Source of the DNA: Enterobacteria phage vB_EcoM_IME341
Sequence record: MH051917
Reading direction: 5' to 3' (one strand)
Length of the DNA: 64,000 nucleotides
The position numbers were made by a program, and so were the translations under genes. Shown here one piece after another: positions 50,933 to 62,300 of the stretch (position 1 is its first letter; each line of letters begins with the position of its first letter). Under the pieces are notes generated by a model, which was given only the letters and a program-made list of their open reading frames with translations, ran no database searches and was not told the origin of the DNA.

Positions 50933-50933
50933 G

Positions 50934-50960
50934 CAAAAAAAGGGCCGAAGCCCTTTTATT
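50934..50960. terminator. Bidirectional terminator after wac
   Basis: AAAAAAA-GGGCCGAAGCCC-TTTTATT. Confidence 0.75.
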
Positions 50961-53358
50961 ATGGTGCTGAGTTTAAAGTCACAAAATCTGACAATAGAAC
51001 CCATGCATTATCAACCAGAACATACGGAAGTCCATCAGCTGCAGGAGCAACAGGAGGGCGTTTAGCCAACTCAGTTTCTAGTGCAGTGATTTTACCTTCA
51101 GCCGCAGTTAAACGGGTTCCTAAATCAGCAACTTTATCAGATTCAACTTTAACCGCCGCTAAACCTGTTTCAAGAGTACCAACTTTACCTTCTACCGTAC
51201 CTAAACGGGTATTGATTCCTGCAACTTTATCGGATTCAACTTTAACTGCTGCCAACCCGGTTTCAAGAGTACTAACTTCACCTTCAACAACGCCTAAACG
51301 GGTATTGATTCCAGCCACTTTACCAGATTCAACTTCAACAACACCTAAACGGGTATCGATCCCTGCAACTTTATCGGATTCAACTTTAACATCGTCCAAA
51401 CCGGTTTCTAAGGTGGTAATTTTACCTTCAGCTGTACCTAAACGGGTATTAATTCCTGCAACTTTATCAGATTCAACTTTAACAGCAGCTAAACCTGTTT
51501 CTAAGGTGACAATTTTACCTTCAGCAGTAGTGACTCTGGTGGTTAAAGGAGCTATTTTAGCGGTGTCCAATTTAATATCGGTAATTTCACCTTCATTAGC
51601 AGCTACTCGTCCGGTTAAAGTAACGATATCGCCTTTGTTCTTAGTTATATCAGCTTTAATAGGAGTTAATTGTGATTCTATAGAACTCACATCTAAGGCC
51701 AAAGCAGTAACATCAGAATCAGTGGTATCGGTTTTAGATTCAAGTGCCGTTATTTTTCCGTTAACGGTAACATCACTTTCTTCTAAAGCTGTGATACGAC
51801 TATCTTGCTCGGTGTCTTTAGATTTTAACAAAACGATATCGGCTTTAATTTCTCCTACTGAAGTGTTTAAAGCTCCGGTACGTGTATCAAGAGAAGAAAT
51901 TGAAGTGTCATTGGAATCGACTCTTGCCGTTAAAGCTGATACTTTACCGTCTGTAACCAATAAAGAAGCTTTGACTGCATCAATTTCTGCGGTGCCGTCA
52001 AGGATTTCCTCCCATGCAGCATCTTTACGTCCGTACAATTTACCGTCAGCAGGAGCTTCACCCAATTTAGTAGGCATTTGGGCTTCAAGGCCTTTAACAG
52101 AGTTTATTAACCCTCGTTCTTCTACAGTACTACCGTTAGGGTTGGTTCCTTCAATCTGGTTGGTAATTTTAAGAATAGAACCCTTAATACCGGTTTGGTT
52201 ATTACCAATCTCTGCCTGCAGGTCCTGAATAGTAGAGGCTGAAGTATTACCTTGAGTTGTAAGGTCATTCAAACGTTTATTAATTGTTCCTGCAGCCGGA
52301 CTTACATCGGCACCAATTTTACGGTCAATATCAGAAACCTGGAAACGAAGCCCTTCAGACGAACTATCACCAACTATATTTTTTAGCTCATTAACATCAG
52401 TACGTAAGCCACCTAATCTACCGTTAATAGAAGTAGGGGTATCCGCAGTACCGATAGTGGTCTCTACCGCAGTAACTCTAGGAACCAAACCATTATTAAC
52501 TGTGTTTTCCAAAGTGGAAGTTTTAGTTTCTAGTGTGGTTACTCTTGTATCAATAGAGCCTTTATCAAAACCTATACTGGTCTTGATGGAATCTATTGAT
52601 TCATTAAAGCTTTCAGCAGCAGTTTCAAGAGCAGAAATCCTGGTATACGCTGGTTGTTTACCTACGGTATCAATATGAGGACCTAGTTCTTCGCGAATTT
52701 CGTTAAGCTTAAGACCAAGTTGCCCTACATCAGAATCTTCGTAATTCTTTTCAAGGGTATCTATACGTTGTGAATGGTCGACAATAGCACTGGTATTATC
52801 CATAATGCGACGTTTCATGCCGGTGGCTTCAGAAGTTTCACCTGGAGGAAGCGGCTGGCTGTTTATGTCCTGGTTTGCATAGTGGCCAATTTCAGATTTG
52901 AGAAGATTTATATTTTCTCTGACGGTGAGATATGGGCCATCTAAAGACGGGTCATAATAACCTACATCTTCTTCTAAAAAATTAAAATTAACGGTTAAGT
53001 CACCTAATTCTTGTTTAGTTTCGGAAGCCTTTTCATCCACAGCCAGTATATCGACACGGTTCTTTTCAATTTGCTGAATAACCGCCGTATCAGTAGAAAT
53101 ATCTAGGGCTTCATTAATCAAATTAACGTTATCCACAAGCTCGTTAATTTTGTCTTTAGAAGCTATACTGTTTTCTTCTAATCTAACTACGTTGGTTTGT
53201 ACTCCTAAAGCAGGGGCGTTCAAATTACCGTCGTGACCGTATTTAGTCGTGGCTCCTTCAATACATTCTCCATTGCGTATCCAACGGATACGCTCTTGGG
53301 ATGCATCAGGTACACCATCGACAAACGGAAGTTCTTTAATACTCAGTTTGTCAATCAT
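50959..53358 (-). CDS. wac: Fibritin (whisker / neck fibre, Wac), extended form
   Basis: From the internal Met MIDKLSIKELPFVDGVPDASQERIRWIRNGECIEGATTKYG... (T4 Wac: MTDIVLNDLPFVDGPPAEGQSRISWIKNGEEILGADTQYG); about 799 aa versus 487 in T4; heptad coiled-coil segments; C-terminal foldon-like ...DGLPYVLVDNAWVLLSDFV. Confidence 0.9.
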   Translation of the reverse strand: MIDKLSIKELPFVDGVPDASQERIRWIRNGECIEGATTKYGHDGNLNAPALGVQTNVVRLEENSIASKDKINELVDNVNLINEALDISTDTAVIQQIEKNRVDILAVDEKASETKQELGDLTVNFNFLEEDVGYYDPSLDGPYLTVRENINLLKSEIGHYANQDINSQPLPPGETSEATGMKRRIMDNTSAIVDHSQRIDTLEKNYEDSDVGQLGLKLNEIREELGPHIDTVGKQPAYTRISALETAAESFNESIDSIKTSIGFDKGSIDTRVTTLETKTSTLENTVNNGLVPRVTAVETTIGTADTPTSINGRLGGLRTDVNELKNIVGDSSSEGLRFQVSDIDRKIGADVSPAAGTINKRLNDLTTQGNTSASTIQDLQAEIGNNQTGIKGSILKITNQIEGTNPNGSTVEERGLINSVKGLEAQMPTKLGEAPADGKLYGRKDAAWEEILDGTAEIDAVKASLLVTDGKVSALTARVDSNDTSISSLDTRTGALNTSVGEIKADIVLLKSKDTEQDSRITALEESDVTVNGKITALESKTDTTDSDVTALALDVSSIESQLTPIKADITKNKGDIVTLTGRVAANEGEITDIKLDTAKIAPLTTRVTTAEGKIVTLETGLAAVKVESDKVAGINTRLGTAEGKITTLETGLDDVKVESDKVAGIDTRLGVVEVESGKVAGINTRLGVVEGEVSTLETGLAAVKVESDKVAGINTRLGTVEGKVGTLETGLAAVKVESDKVADLGTRLTAAEGKITALETELAKRPPVAPAADGLPYVLVDNAWVLLSDFVTLNSAP
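51057..51560. repeat. Tandem in-frame DNA repeats (about 75-150 bp units) inside the wac 3' region
   Basis: Repeated units such as ...CAACTTTATC(A/G)GATTCAACTTTAAC...CCTAAACGGGTATTGATTCC... visible on the plus strand; encode repeated (K)VESDKVAGINTRLG..EGK..TLETGLAAV peptide units. Confidence 0.85.
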
Positions 53359-53368
53359 TTTTATTTCC

Positions 53369-54901
53369 TTAAGCAACTTTAATAATGAATAGGATGGACA
53401 TAGTCCAAGGACGGTTTTCGTTACCAATTAACCCTTCACTGTTTAGGGTAGTTCTTGAATCTCGTGAACCTGAACCATCAATTTCGTATCCTTCGTTTGT
53501 AAAGTAAGAACGGTTATCCCAGTCCAGTCCTTTACGAGTACCGGCAAAGTTAGAACGAACGGTATTACCAAATGCACCCGCATTGTCGTGTTCACCAAAG
53601 CCGCCAGCGTGTTTATGGAAACGAAGTTGCTGGGCTTGTACAGTACCATGGCCATATGAACCACAGCCTACGCCTAATCTTGGTTTACCTTTGGCATCAT
53701 TACCTTTGGCATCTCTAATTCTAACGTTGGCATCCCATTCTCTTAATCCGCCGTCATTAGTCTGGTTTGCTCCACGCGGATATAATCCTCGGAAGTCGGG
53801 ACGAGCACCAGTTGAACCCCATTTACTACCAACTACATTTCGGAATCCTTGTTCACCAGAGTTACCACCATCACAAACAGCCCAACCTGCAGGGATATTA
53901 TTAATCTGGCCTCCCCACATAACAATAGTACCGATAGGGACAGAATCTTTTAATTGGTCGATAGTAACAACATCACGCCCATTGCGACGCAAATTACCAT
54001 TAACGTTTAAAGTACCGTTAATGGTGCCGCCTGTGGTAGAAATAACGTTAGCATTATATGCCAATGCCGTATTCCCATCACCGGAACCAACCGTAGTCGA
54101 TAATTTAACAACACCCAACCTTCCAGTAGTACCAGTACGAGAAAGAAGAGTTGAAGGAGATAAAGCTATATTAGAATCGCTCCCAGCCGAAGCTTCTTGT
54201 GGAGTAGCCAATCTAATAATACCTGCTCGCCCTTGGGTAGAAGTTAAAGATTTTAACCCGGAAGGAGAAATTGCCACACCATTGGTCAATGTACCATTTG
54301 CCACTTCGGCATTTGTTGCGATTCTAACAATACCTTCAACAGTTTGGGTAGCGCTGGCATAAGTCGGTAATGCGGATGTAGCGGCACCAATTGCCTGGGC
54401 GGTTTTCAGAGGTGTCATTGCCGTCGTATCATCTGTACCTGCTAGAGCAGCCGGCAGGGTTGAAATCTTGAGTACGCCTGTAGTGTTCTCTGTGGCTAAA
54501 CGATTGGTGAATGTATAATCTATAGTAGCTTTCAAAGACGATGCTACGATTGCAGCCTGGGTTTCTGTTCCAGCAATGGCTTCATCATTAGTGGCATAAC
54601 GGGTGATGCCTACATAAGTTTCTGTTGCTTGAGTAGGAATATCTAAACGACCTTTTAAAGTGGCCGGAGTTACCGCAGAGAAAGTATCAGTACCATCAAT
54701 AACTTCTTGTTGGGTCGCTAATCTAATAATACCCTGTTCTGTTTCAGAAGCCGAAGGTATATTACCTGTAACACCTATAGCGGAAATAGACGCCAATGCG
54801 TCCTGGACATTAGTAATAGAGGGGTCAAAATTCGACCCGGTAGGGTCGAATGTTTTAAATTCTGATTTATCACTTATGTGTTTTAGTGTATTTGTAGACA
54901 T
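53369..54901 (-). CDS. 12: Short tail fibre protein gp12
   Basis: 510 aa (T4 527 aa); repetitive Ser/Thr/Gly-rich fibre protein; position between wac and 11. Confidence 0.85.
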   Translation of the reverse strand: MSTNTLKHISDKSEFKTFDPTGSNFDPSITNVQDALASISAIGVTGNIPSASETEQGIIRLATQQEVIDGTDTFSAVTPATLKGRLDIPTQATETYVGITRYATNDEAIAGTETQAAIVASSLKATIDYTFTNRLATENTTGVLKISTLPAALAGTDDTTAMTPLKTAQAIGAATSALPTYASATQTVEGIVRIATNAEVANGTLTNGVAISPSGLKSLTSTQGRAGIIRLATPQEASAGSDSNIALSPSTLLSRTGTTGRLGVVKLSTTVGSGDGNTALAYNANVISTTGGTINGTLNVNGNLRRNGRDVVTIDQLKDSVPIGTIVMWGGQINNIPAGWAVCDGGNSGEQGFRNVVGSKWGSTGARPDFRGLYPRGANQTNDGGLREWDANVRIRDAKGNDAKGKPRLGVGCGSYGHGTVQAQQLRFHKHAGGFGEHDNAGAFGNTVRSNFAGTRKGLDWDNRSYFTNEGYEIDGSGSRDSRTTLNSEGLIGNENRPWTMSILFIIKVA

Positions 54902-55566
54902 TAACTTACTCGCTTATAGTGATATAAGGTTGTTGTTCCATTTACGGTTCCACCTGTCATAGATTCTGTAGTAGAACCCAAATATTCCCAGTATCCATAA
55001 CCTGCACGAGGCTCTTGAACTATAGTCTGAGAAATGGTGCATCCTGCTTGTTTAAATGGCTCAAAAATATGGTTTTGGTAGTCGTTATATTTAATGTTTA
55101 AAGTAGATTGGTCTAGAGGGTCAATAGACGTTTCTGCCAAAATATAACTATCGGCAATAGCGCTTATAAAAGCATCGTTAACTTTAGAAGCAACCAGGAC
55201 CGAAGAATCACCTACAATAACTTCAACAGGCAAACCGAATACCTTAATAATAACCGTATCGCCTAATTCACCACCAGAAGAAATGGAGCCAGAGAAAGTT
55301 AATTTATCCGATTGTTGAATAAAACCAGGCGCTCTGTTTTCAGTAGTAGTTACAACTGCATTAACAGGAAGTTCTGCACGGAAAGCAATATCATCAATAG
55401 CACTTTGGACCGTAGGATAATAAACGCCTTTTTGAGTTTGGTTTGCTGATGGACCACCAATAGGACGTTGACCTGCCACTGCGGCAGGTTGATTAGTTGT
55501 AAAAGAAAATTCTAAAAAGTCAGCAAGGCGGGATTTTAACCCGCTTTTCATTTCTGTTAAAGTCAT
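54901..55566 (-). CDS. 11: Baseplate wedge protein gp11 (short-tail-fibre attachment)
   Basis: 221 aa (T4 219 aa); synteny; ATGA overlap. Confidence 0.85.
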   Translation of the reverse strand: MTLTEMKSGLKSRLADFLEFSFTTNQPAAVAGQRPIGGPSANQTQKGVYYPTVQSAIDDIAFRAELPVNAVVTTTENRAPGFIQQSDKLTFSGSISSGGELGDTVIIKVFGLPVEVIVGDSSVLVASKVNDAFISAIADSYILAETSIDPLDQSTLNIKYNDYQNHIFEPFKQAGCTISQTIVQEPRAGYGYWEYLGSTTESMTGGTVNGTTTLYHYKRVS

Positions 55567-57377
55567 TACGCAATCCTCACCCAGCGATAAACGGTTGTAT
55601 ATGGAGGCAAAGTATCAATAGGAATAGGCGTTGTAGATTGCTGCTTGTTTATCGTAGCTTTATCTTCACGATATTTTGTATAAGCAGGGCCTTGGGCATC
55701 CGGGTCTACCAAACATCCACCGATAACAATAGGACCGTTATCATCAGCAACTAATACCTTGTCATCTGTATTAAGTTCAGGAACGTTTTCATATTTAATG
55801 GAAATATTATGAGAACCACCTGTTCCACCGGCAGTAGATTTAGGAATACCTGAAGAATCTAAATCATTATTGTTTGCATTGAACAATGAATCAGCGTCCG
55901 GAGACCAACCTACAAGGAAACTATCAGACAGACGTTTCCAACTACCCATACCCATATAAGTTGCAGGGTTATTAGGGTTCACGGTGTTCTCATAAATCGT
56001 TCCGATAGGGTGGAACAAATCAAACATCACTGCGGCCGTATTAATAGAAACTTCAGATTCTGCTACAGGTTCAAAGTTAGGAGAAAACGGATTATCCACA
56101 TCAGTAATACGAACCTGGCCAGTCAAAGATACCGAAGGACCTTGAGAAATATAGATATCGTTTGTTGTATCTAAAATCTCGTCAATAGTCATAGTGGTAC
56201 CGATATCGTTATTATACCAAATCACAGTAAGGATATCGCCATGTTCCAGTTTACGTCCAAATTCAAATGACTCGATTTTGTCATCATCTGCTATATTCAA
56301 AATATAATCAGATTTGGATTGGGTCCATACACCACCCGAATCTGCACAAAGGCCTGCATCATCCGTATCAACACCTTCACAATAGAAAGCAGGGAATCCG
56401 GCAGTACCAGCTTGATGCAATAAAGTACTGTTAAGCATCACCTGGCAAGCATTAGGGTTAATAGGGCTTGTAGGAGAAACGTTTAATTCTGCCGATGTAA
56501 TAGTCTGTACGGTAGAAAGGTCTAATACTACTTTAGAACCATTAACTGTGGTTTCATGGGTCAGGGTTTTATCTAAAATGGTAATATCACGACGGTTATA
56601 AGAACTACGCCATTGGGCCAATCCATCGTTATACGATTTAATAATTACCGTATCGCCAGCTTCACAAGGATATTTCAAACGGATATCTTTACCGTTCAAT
56701 TCAACCAATTCGCCTGGGTTTGCACCTGGGCTACCAAACTCAGAAGTAGCTTCATCAAATATATCGTCTACACCATAAAACAAGGTGTTACCACGTTGGA
56801 TAACGCTAAGACTTGAAATATTATAGGTTAGACCTGGGAAAATATCCAAGAAATCAGTTTGGCCTTCAGTGGCAATAAACTGTTTAGTTGCTACAGTAGC
56901 GAGGTCGTTATTTGGGATACGGTTAACTTGTTTGTTCTCAACATATTCCCAACGTCCTGGAGCACAGTAAACAAGTTCAAGGTCAGCAAAGTTACGTGCT
57001 ATTTCAACCTGTACAGCAGAACCTTTAATTGTATCACCTGGAGCAGGTATAATCGTTACAGGGTTAGCTTGCCAAGAAGAATAAACGTCGCGTAAACGAA
57101 TTACAAAGTTATATTCTGATGGGGTGCCTTTAGGAAGTTGAACGTTAATCCTTCCACCTTGGGTATTCAATGTGTAGCTATGACCCATAACGGCATTAAG
57201 TAAAGGACCGTCTGCAGTAGAATATTGTTTCCAGGCACCAGCAGCGTGTGGATTATCTCCATCACCTAATTGATAATATAACTCATTAAAGTTATTATTG
57301 ATTTTTAGACCGCCTGCGCGCAGGTAATCTCCGGAGCCATCGTCAACGGCCTGGCCGATTTTTAATTCTTGTTTCAT
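55566..57377 (-). CDS. 10: Baseplate wedge protein gp10
   Basis: 603 aa (T4 602 aa); synteny. Confidence 0.88.
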   Translation of the reverse strand: MKQELKIGQAVDDGSGDYLRAGGLKINNNFNELYYQLGDGDNPHAAGAWKQYSTADGPLLNAVMGHSYTLNTQGGRINVQLPKGTPSEYNFVIRLRDVYSSWQANPVTIIPAPGDTIKGSAVQVEIARNFADLELVYCAPGRWEYVENKQVNRIPNNDLATVATKQFIATEGQTDFLDIFPGLTYNISSLSVIQRGNTLFYGVDDIFDEATSEFGSPGANPGELVELNGKDIRLKYPCEAGDTVIIKSYNDGLAQWRSSYNRRDITILDKTLTHETTVNGSKVVLDLSTVQTITSAELNVSPTSPINPNACQVMLNSTLLHQAGTAGFPAFYCEGVDTDDAGLCADSGGVWTQSKSDYILNIADDDKIESFEFGRKLEHGDILTVIWYNNDIGTTMTIDEILDTTNDIYISQGPSVSLTGQVRITDVDNPFSPNFEPVAESEVSINTAAVMFDLFHPIGTIYENTVNPNNPATYMGMGSWKRLSDSFLVGWSPDADSLFNANNNDLDSSGIPKSTAGGTGGSHNISIKYENVPELNTDDKVLVADDNGPIVIGGCLVDPDAQGPAYTKYREDKATINKQQSTTPIPIDTLPPYTTVYRWVRIA

Positions 57378-58237
57378 TATACTGGGACTCCAATAGTTTG
57401 GGTATCTACGACTTTAATTGCCAATCTCATAGGGATTTCAGATGATGCCGTAGCCACTATATAGTTAGTTGCATCAAATTTAAAATCGAGTTTGTAAATT
57501 TCGTCTTCATCAGTGGCCTGACCACGACGGATAACAGCGTATTCCGTAGAATATATTTTTTTAGCTTGGTTATCCATAAACAAAAGATATTCAGAAGCTT
57601 TATAAATGGTTTCATTGGCATTTACTGCCGTAACTAAAAGCTTAACCAAAGAATATTGGCCTGAAAAAACCACTGGGATATCTCTAGGTACGTTAGAAAT
57701 ATTATATGTTCTATTTAATGGTACTCGCTTATCACCAAACATACTCTCAATAGAATAATCCCATACAGCTATACCGTTTATATCACTTACACACCACAAC
57801 AGAACTCGAGTATAAGGAGTTACTATTCTTAGGGTTGATGTAGGGTGATTTAAAAATGAATCCAATATACGGATTTCAAGATAGTTAGTAGCTGAAATGC
57901 TTCCGTTAGAGTTAATTATTTCAATACCTTCACCCACAGCTCCTTTTACAGTTGTCAAAACTATAGAACCTGTAGAGGCATCAATATCAACCAAAGAGCC
58001 AAGGTCAACAGAACCTGCTTGGTCGGTATCGCCAAATTTTTGATAGTATCCAGTGGCATGTAATTTCTGACCGGTAGTTTCGCCTGTAAGGGCTGCTTTA
58101 CGTTGGTCACCAAAAGTATTGTAGATGTTATTTAAGTCGGTGTTCAGTTTAACACCACCGTCATATAAGATGTCGCCGGTGCTAGCATTACCAATTTCAC
58201 CAACGTCAATTAGTAATTTACCAGTTTGCTTAATCAT
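57377..58237 (-). CDS. 9: Baseplate wedge protein gp9 (long-tail-fibre socket)
   Basis: 286 aa; similarity to T4 gp9 (..LIDTGEIGNASTGDILFDGG.K.N.D.N.IYN.FGDQRK; C-terminal ...KVIATQKIGV). Confidence 0.92.
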   Translation of the reverse strand: MIKQTGKLLIDVGEIGNASTGDILYDGGVKLNTDLNNIYNTFGDQRKAALTGETTGQKLHATGYYQKFGDTDQAGSVDLGSLVDIDASTGSIVLTTVKGAVGEGIEIINSNGSISATNYLEIRILDSFLNHPTSTLRIVTPYTRVLLWCVSDINGIAVWDYSIESMFGDKRVPLNRTYNISNVPRDIPVVFSGQYSLVKLLVTAVNANETIYKASEYLLFMDNQAKKIYSTEYAVIRRGQATDEDEIYKLDFKFDATNYIVATASSEIPMRLAIKVVDTQTIGVPV

Positions 58238-58263
58238 AGGTATGCCTCATTATTGATATAATG

Positions 58264-58271
58264 TATTTATA
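58264..58271 (-). promoter_or_regulatory. Late promoter for gene 9
   Basis: TATAAATA on the minus strand, about 27 nt upstream of the gp9 ATG. Confidence 0.6.
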
Positions 58272-58280
58272 CCCCCGAAA

Positions 58281-58300
58281 GGGCCTTGCGGCCCTTTTTA
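58281..58300. other. GC hairpin between gene 8 and gene 9
   Basis: GGGCC-TTGC-GGCCC (identical to the hoc terminator stem) with a T-run on the plus-strand side. Confidence 0.55.
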
Positions 58301-59305
58301 GAATTCGAAGACAATGTTAATTTCTTCGGTCTGGTCCATGGAACGAATAACCGGAGGTCGGTTTTCCATATAAATCATTTCACCGGAGTGGCGGGAGAGG
58401 TCTATAACATCATAGTACTCTTTTTCGGCTTTAATGATCGGATCGGATGGGTGGGCTTTAGCTTCCAAAGGGTTGGAAATTATTGAAAGTTGTCTAAACC
58501 CTTTGTTACCAGGCAGACTAAATTCAGGGAAGTAAACTGAATCTAAGAATGCTTTAAAACGAATAGTATTGGCTTTAATACGATAAATTAAACCATAATC
58601 GTCTTGTTGCCAAGTAAGGTTATTCTCGTATCCCCAACGTTCAGGGTCTTCAGCAATTTCTTCTGGCCATGGTACTACAATATATTCGTTGGTGCAACGG
58701 TTGATACTTACATCAGGTGGAATCTCATAAAGGTATTCCCAAAGATATCCATCACCAGTATCAACCATACCTTCTGTATCGCCTTGTCCTGCCGGGGCTT
58801 TAACTGAAGGAACGTTAGCAGTCCATTTACCACCAAGTTTAATACACTCGGTTTTGTTATCAAGAGATAAAATGGAACATGCTCCGGATTCCGGTACGTC
58901 TACACAACGATAAACCATCCAACCTGCACCTACATCAGTACGGTTTTGTGGTTGGCTATTCGCCACTACAATTTCACCGATTTGGAAAGTGAAAGGGTTA
59001 GGATAAGAGGTATCGCCCCAGTCTTTGCGAGGAACAACACAATCTAGCATACTCTTATAAACCTTAACACAACCCATCATGTTTGTCCAGACGTCTTCTA
59101 CGCCCTCAGAATCATCTACAGGATAAGGTGGAGCAAAGCCTGGGTCGTTTTCGTTAGGAGCCCATGGTTGGGCTCTTCCGAAAGATACATACATCGTGTT
59201 CTGGTCTTCGCCGTCACCGATTGTTCTGTAAAAGTTGTACATTTTTTCCGTTCTAAATTTAGAAGTAACAATAGAACGGTATATTACTGTTGAATTAATC
59301 ATCAA
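58298..59305 (-). CDS. 8: Baseplate wedge protein gp8
   Basis: 335 aa (T4 334 aa); synteny. Confidence 0.88.
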   Translation of the reverse strand: MMINSTVIYRSIVTSKFRTEKMYNFYRTIGDGEDQNTMYVSFGRAQPWAPNENDPGFAPPYPVDDSEGVEDVWTNMMGCVKVYKSMLDCVVPRKDWGDTSYPNPFTFQIGEIVVANSQPQNRTDVGAGWMVYRCVDVPESGACSILSLDNKTECIKLGGKWTANVPSVKAPAGQGDTEGMVDTGDGYLWEYLYEIPPDVSINRCTNEYIVVPWPEEIAEDPERWGYENNLTWQQDDYGLIYRIKANTIRFKAFLDSVYFPEFSLPGNKGFRQLSIISNPLEAKAHPSDPIIKAEKEYYDVIDLSRHSGEMIYMENRPPVIRSMDQTEEINIVFEF

Positions 59306-62300
59306 TTTTTACCTGAGTTGGGTCTTGCGGGTCTCTAGGGTTTCCTATATCAGCTTTAAGTCTGTCATCAACTAAAGCACGCCATTTTGAAAATGTTACT
59401 GCACTTTGGTCAAATAAAGGACTATGCTTTTTAATACGTTCATGAGGTAATTGACCTTGGAATACAGAGAAATCATTTTCTGCATCATAGTCATCAGGAA
59501 TAGGGAACGGTTCGCCTGCTTTAGGTCCAACGTTATAAACCGGAAGTCCTGTTCTAGGGTCTCTTTCTATATTACCATCAAATCCGATTACAGCAACTCT
59601 ATCGTACCACTCGGATGGAAGTCCTGAGTCCCACTTATAGTTCTTAAGTATATTAATAATGGTTTCCGTGTGCTTTAATGTCAATCCGACGTTAACAAAC
59701 ATAGAAAGCAACGTAATCCCTATAAAGCCAAATCCTACAGGGTGGACAAATCTCAACACGTCATTACGATATCGAGAAGTAGGGAGGTTGGATTTAATAG
59801 TCATAACATAATAAGAACGGTTACGGTTAATATAATCGATATTGTTACTTAACAATTCTTTACCGCGTACACCCTGCACTATCATACCTTTAAATGAGGT
59901 GCGTTCAGATTTAATCTCTTGTCCGACTATAAAACGGCCTAAAAGATTGTGGATGGTTAAACGCCATTGCAATTTACCATCTTTGTAATTTCGTTCTATA
60001 TAAGTAACATTACTTCTTCCTGTAGGGGTATAAATCGTTTGGCCTACGATATCTTCACTGATATTGTCGGATTCTACAATGATATCATATTCAATCGAGT
60101 TCTTGGACTCGATGTCAATTTCAACATCTTCGTTATAAAGCAATTTAAACAGGAATTTATATGAAGCTTCGGTACCTTTTGTAGACCAGAAATCCGATTG
60201 TCTTGCTTGGAAGAAACGAACTACTTCGTCGCGTTTTTCTTTAGACAAATAGATATTGCGTTTATAGATTTCAGACCATAAGTATTCCCATGCATCTTCT
60301 TCTCTAGGATATTGGTTACGAATAAGATTTAATAGATTATTATAATGGGTGCCGGAGCCATCACTAATAAACTGAAGATAGTATTCGCAGAATTTTTCAA
60401 AGTTAGAATCTTGAAGCAAATAACTATCAGGAACCATTTTAACCAATAAAGGACGCAAATCTGGGTCTTGTTCGCCGGTTTCTTCTTTAGGCGTCCATGG
60501 AATTTCATGCTCTTGGTTTTGAAGCTCAGCCGTAAACATTATTTCTTTAGGCTTCCAAATTATTCTAACTTCATCTCGAACTCGGTAGTCGAACTCGAAA
60601 TATCCAACCAATTCACCCGATGATTTGTGAATCATTATACCTGAAGAATATTTTTTAAATCCATTGAATTCAATGTTCGGGCATGTTACGGTACAAAAGC
60701 CTTTATCCCAAATTTCGCGAATAATACGTTCAGGAGAAGAACCACTGTTTAAATCAATAATTTTCTGGTATAAGGCATCATTATAAACAACCATTGCATG
60801 ATTACTTGTGGTAATCCAAGAACGGGTCCCGTCGCGTCTAGACCAACTAAAGAATGGTTCAGCATAATAAGCCATTCGACCAGGTTTGAATTCTTTAAAA
60901 TCTGACTTACTGTTAGCTCTAAAGCTCATCATCAGATAATGTTTATCATGAATCCACTGTTCGTCCTTAACATATTTTACCGCTGAGGCCACAATAGGGG
61001 TTTCTAAAGGTAATTCGTTATCAACTTCTATTTCGTATTTGAAGTTACTGGAGCTAAAGAATATTTCTTCGCCATCAGTAGACATGCTAGTATAACCGTG
61101 CTCAATACGACGTCTCTCTTCTTCAGTATTACCAAATACTCGGGTCCACGTATCGGTTTCGACATCCAGCCAATAAACACCTTTAGATTCAGAATCAACC
61201 ACGTTTTCTTCTTTAGTAGGGTCCATTCTTTCTTCTTTAACTTCACCCGTAATTAAGGCAAAGGTATTTCCTTGGATTGAATCTAACTTATAACAAACTG
61301 CTTTAGGGTTACCGGTTATAGTCGAATATCCGCTTTCAAATATTTTTTCACCATAAGTAGGAGAACCCGGGTCGGTATCAATAGGGGCATCAGTAGTTTT
61401 TGCTTTATAAACTCGGTCACGGGCCGCAACGTAAATAAAATCGTCCGAAGCACACATAGCTTCTGTGATAGTAGAAATAGCTAATGGTAAACGGGCATAA
61501 GAACCGAAAATTTCGATTTCGAAGTCCAGGTCGATATCACTACCAATTTTGGCAAATGTCACGTCTTGTGAGCTAAAACGTACATCATCAGCAGACCAAC
61601 GAATATCACTCGATTTACGTCCGTAAAATATACGGTCATAACCTAGAACATAAGTTGTTGTGTCTGTTTGATAATGAGCCGTACGTGAAACCGGATTACC
61701 TACCCTATCATTAAACAAACGGATATAATGCCAGTTCTGGGCCTTATCATTAGATACCTTAGCGGTGTTTTGGAATCTTTCTAAAAGGTAAAGTACACCA
61801 CCAAGCTCCATTAAAATAGAACGATTAGGGTCTTTACAAACGGCTTGGATACTTCCTTGAATCTCATGGAAGCGGTCAGCCTTTAATACGTAATTAGAAA
61901 TTGAAGAAAGGTGTGAATATGCCGGAGTCCAAGTAAAATCTTCGGTCATCATAGAGGCCATAATGGCGTCACTATTAAAATCTACGTAACTCTGGTTATT
62001 TTTAGTAAATTTTTCTTCAATGAATTTATTAGATAAAGTGAATTCGCGCATATGCTCGAAGGTATATGCGTTAGTAGAAAATGTCTCGAATTCTTCTGTA
62101 TAAACCCAGTCGGATTGTTCAAATCCTTGAGCCGCTACAGCGACACGCATTTTATAAAACGAATCAGGAGAAATAAATCTTTCTTCGAACCAGTTATTGT
62201 TCGGGGTGTAACCTAAATTTCTCCAAAATAACTTATCATCGGGTATAGATTCACCCGCATCCTTGGTTTGGGCCAGTTCTACGAAATAATAGAAATTGGC

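Noticed and set aside
50888-52228. 446-aa plus-strand ORF rich in repeated PKRV/SDSTLT units
   Set aside because: Antisense shadow of the wac tandem-repeat region; the repetitiveness comes from the coding repeats on the other strand.
53583-54362. 259-aa plus-strand ORF
   Set aside because: Antisense to short tail fibre gene 12; proline-rich, no start context.
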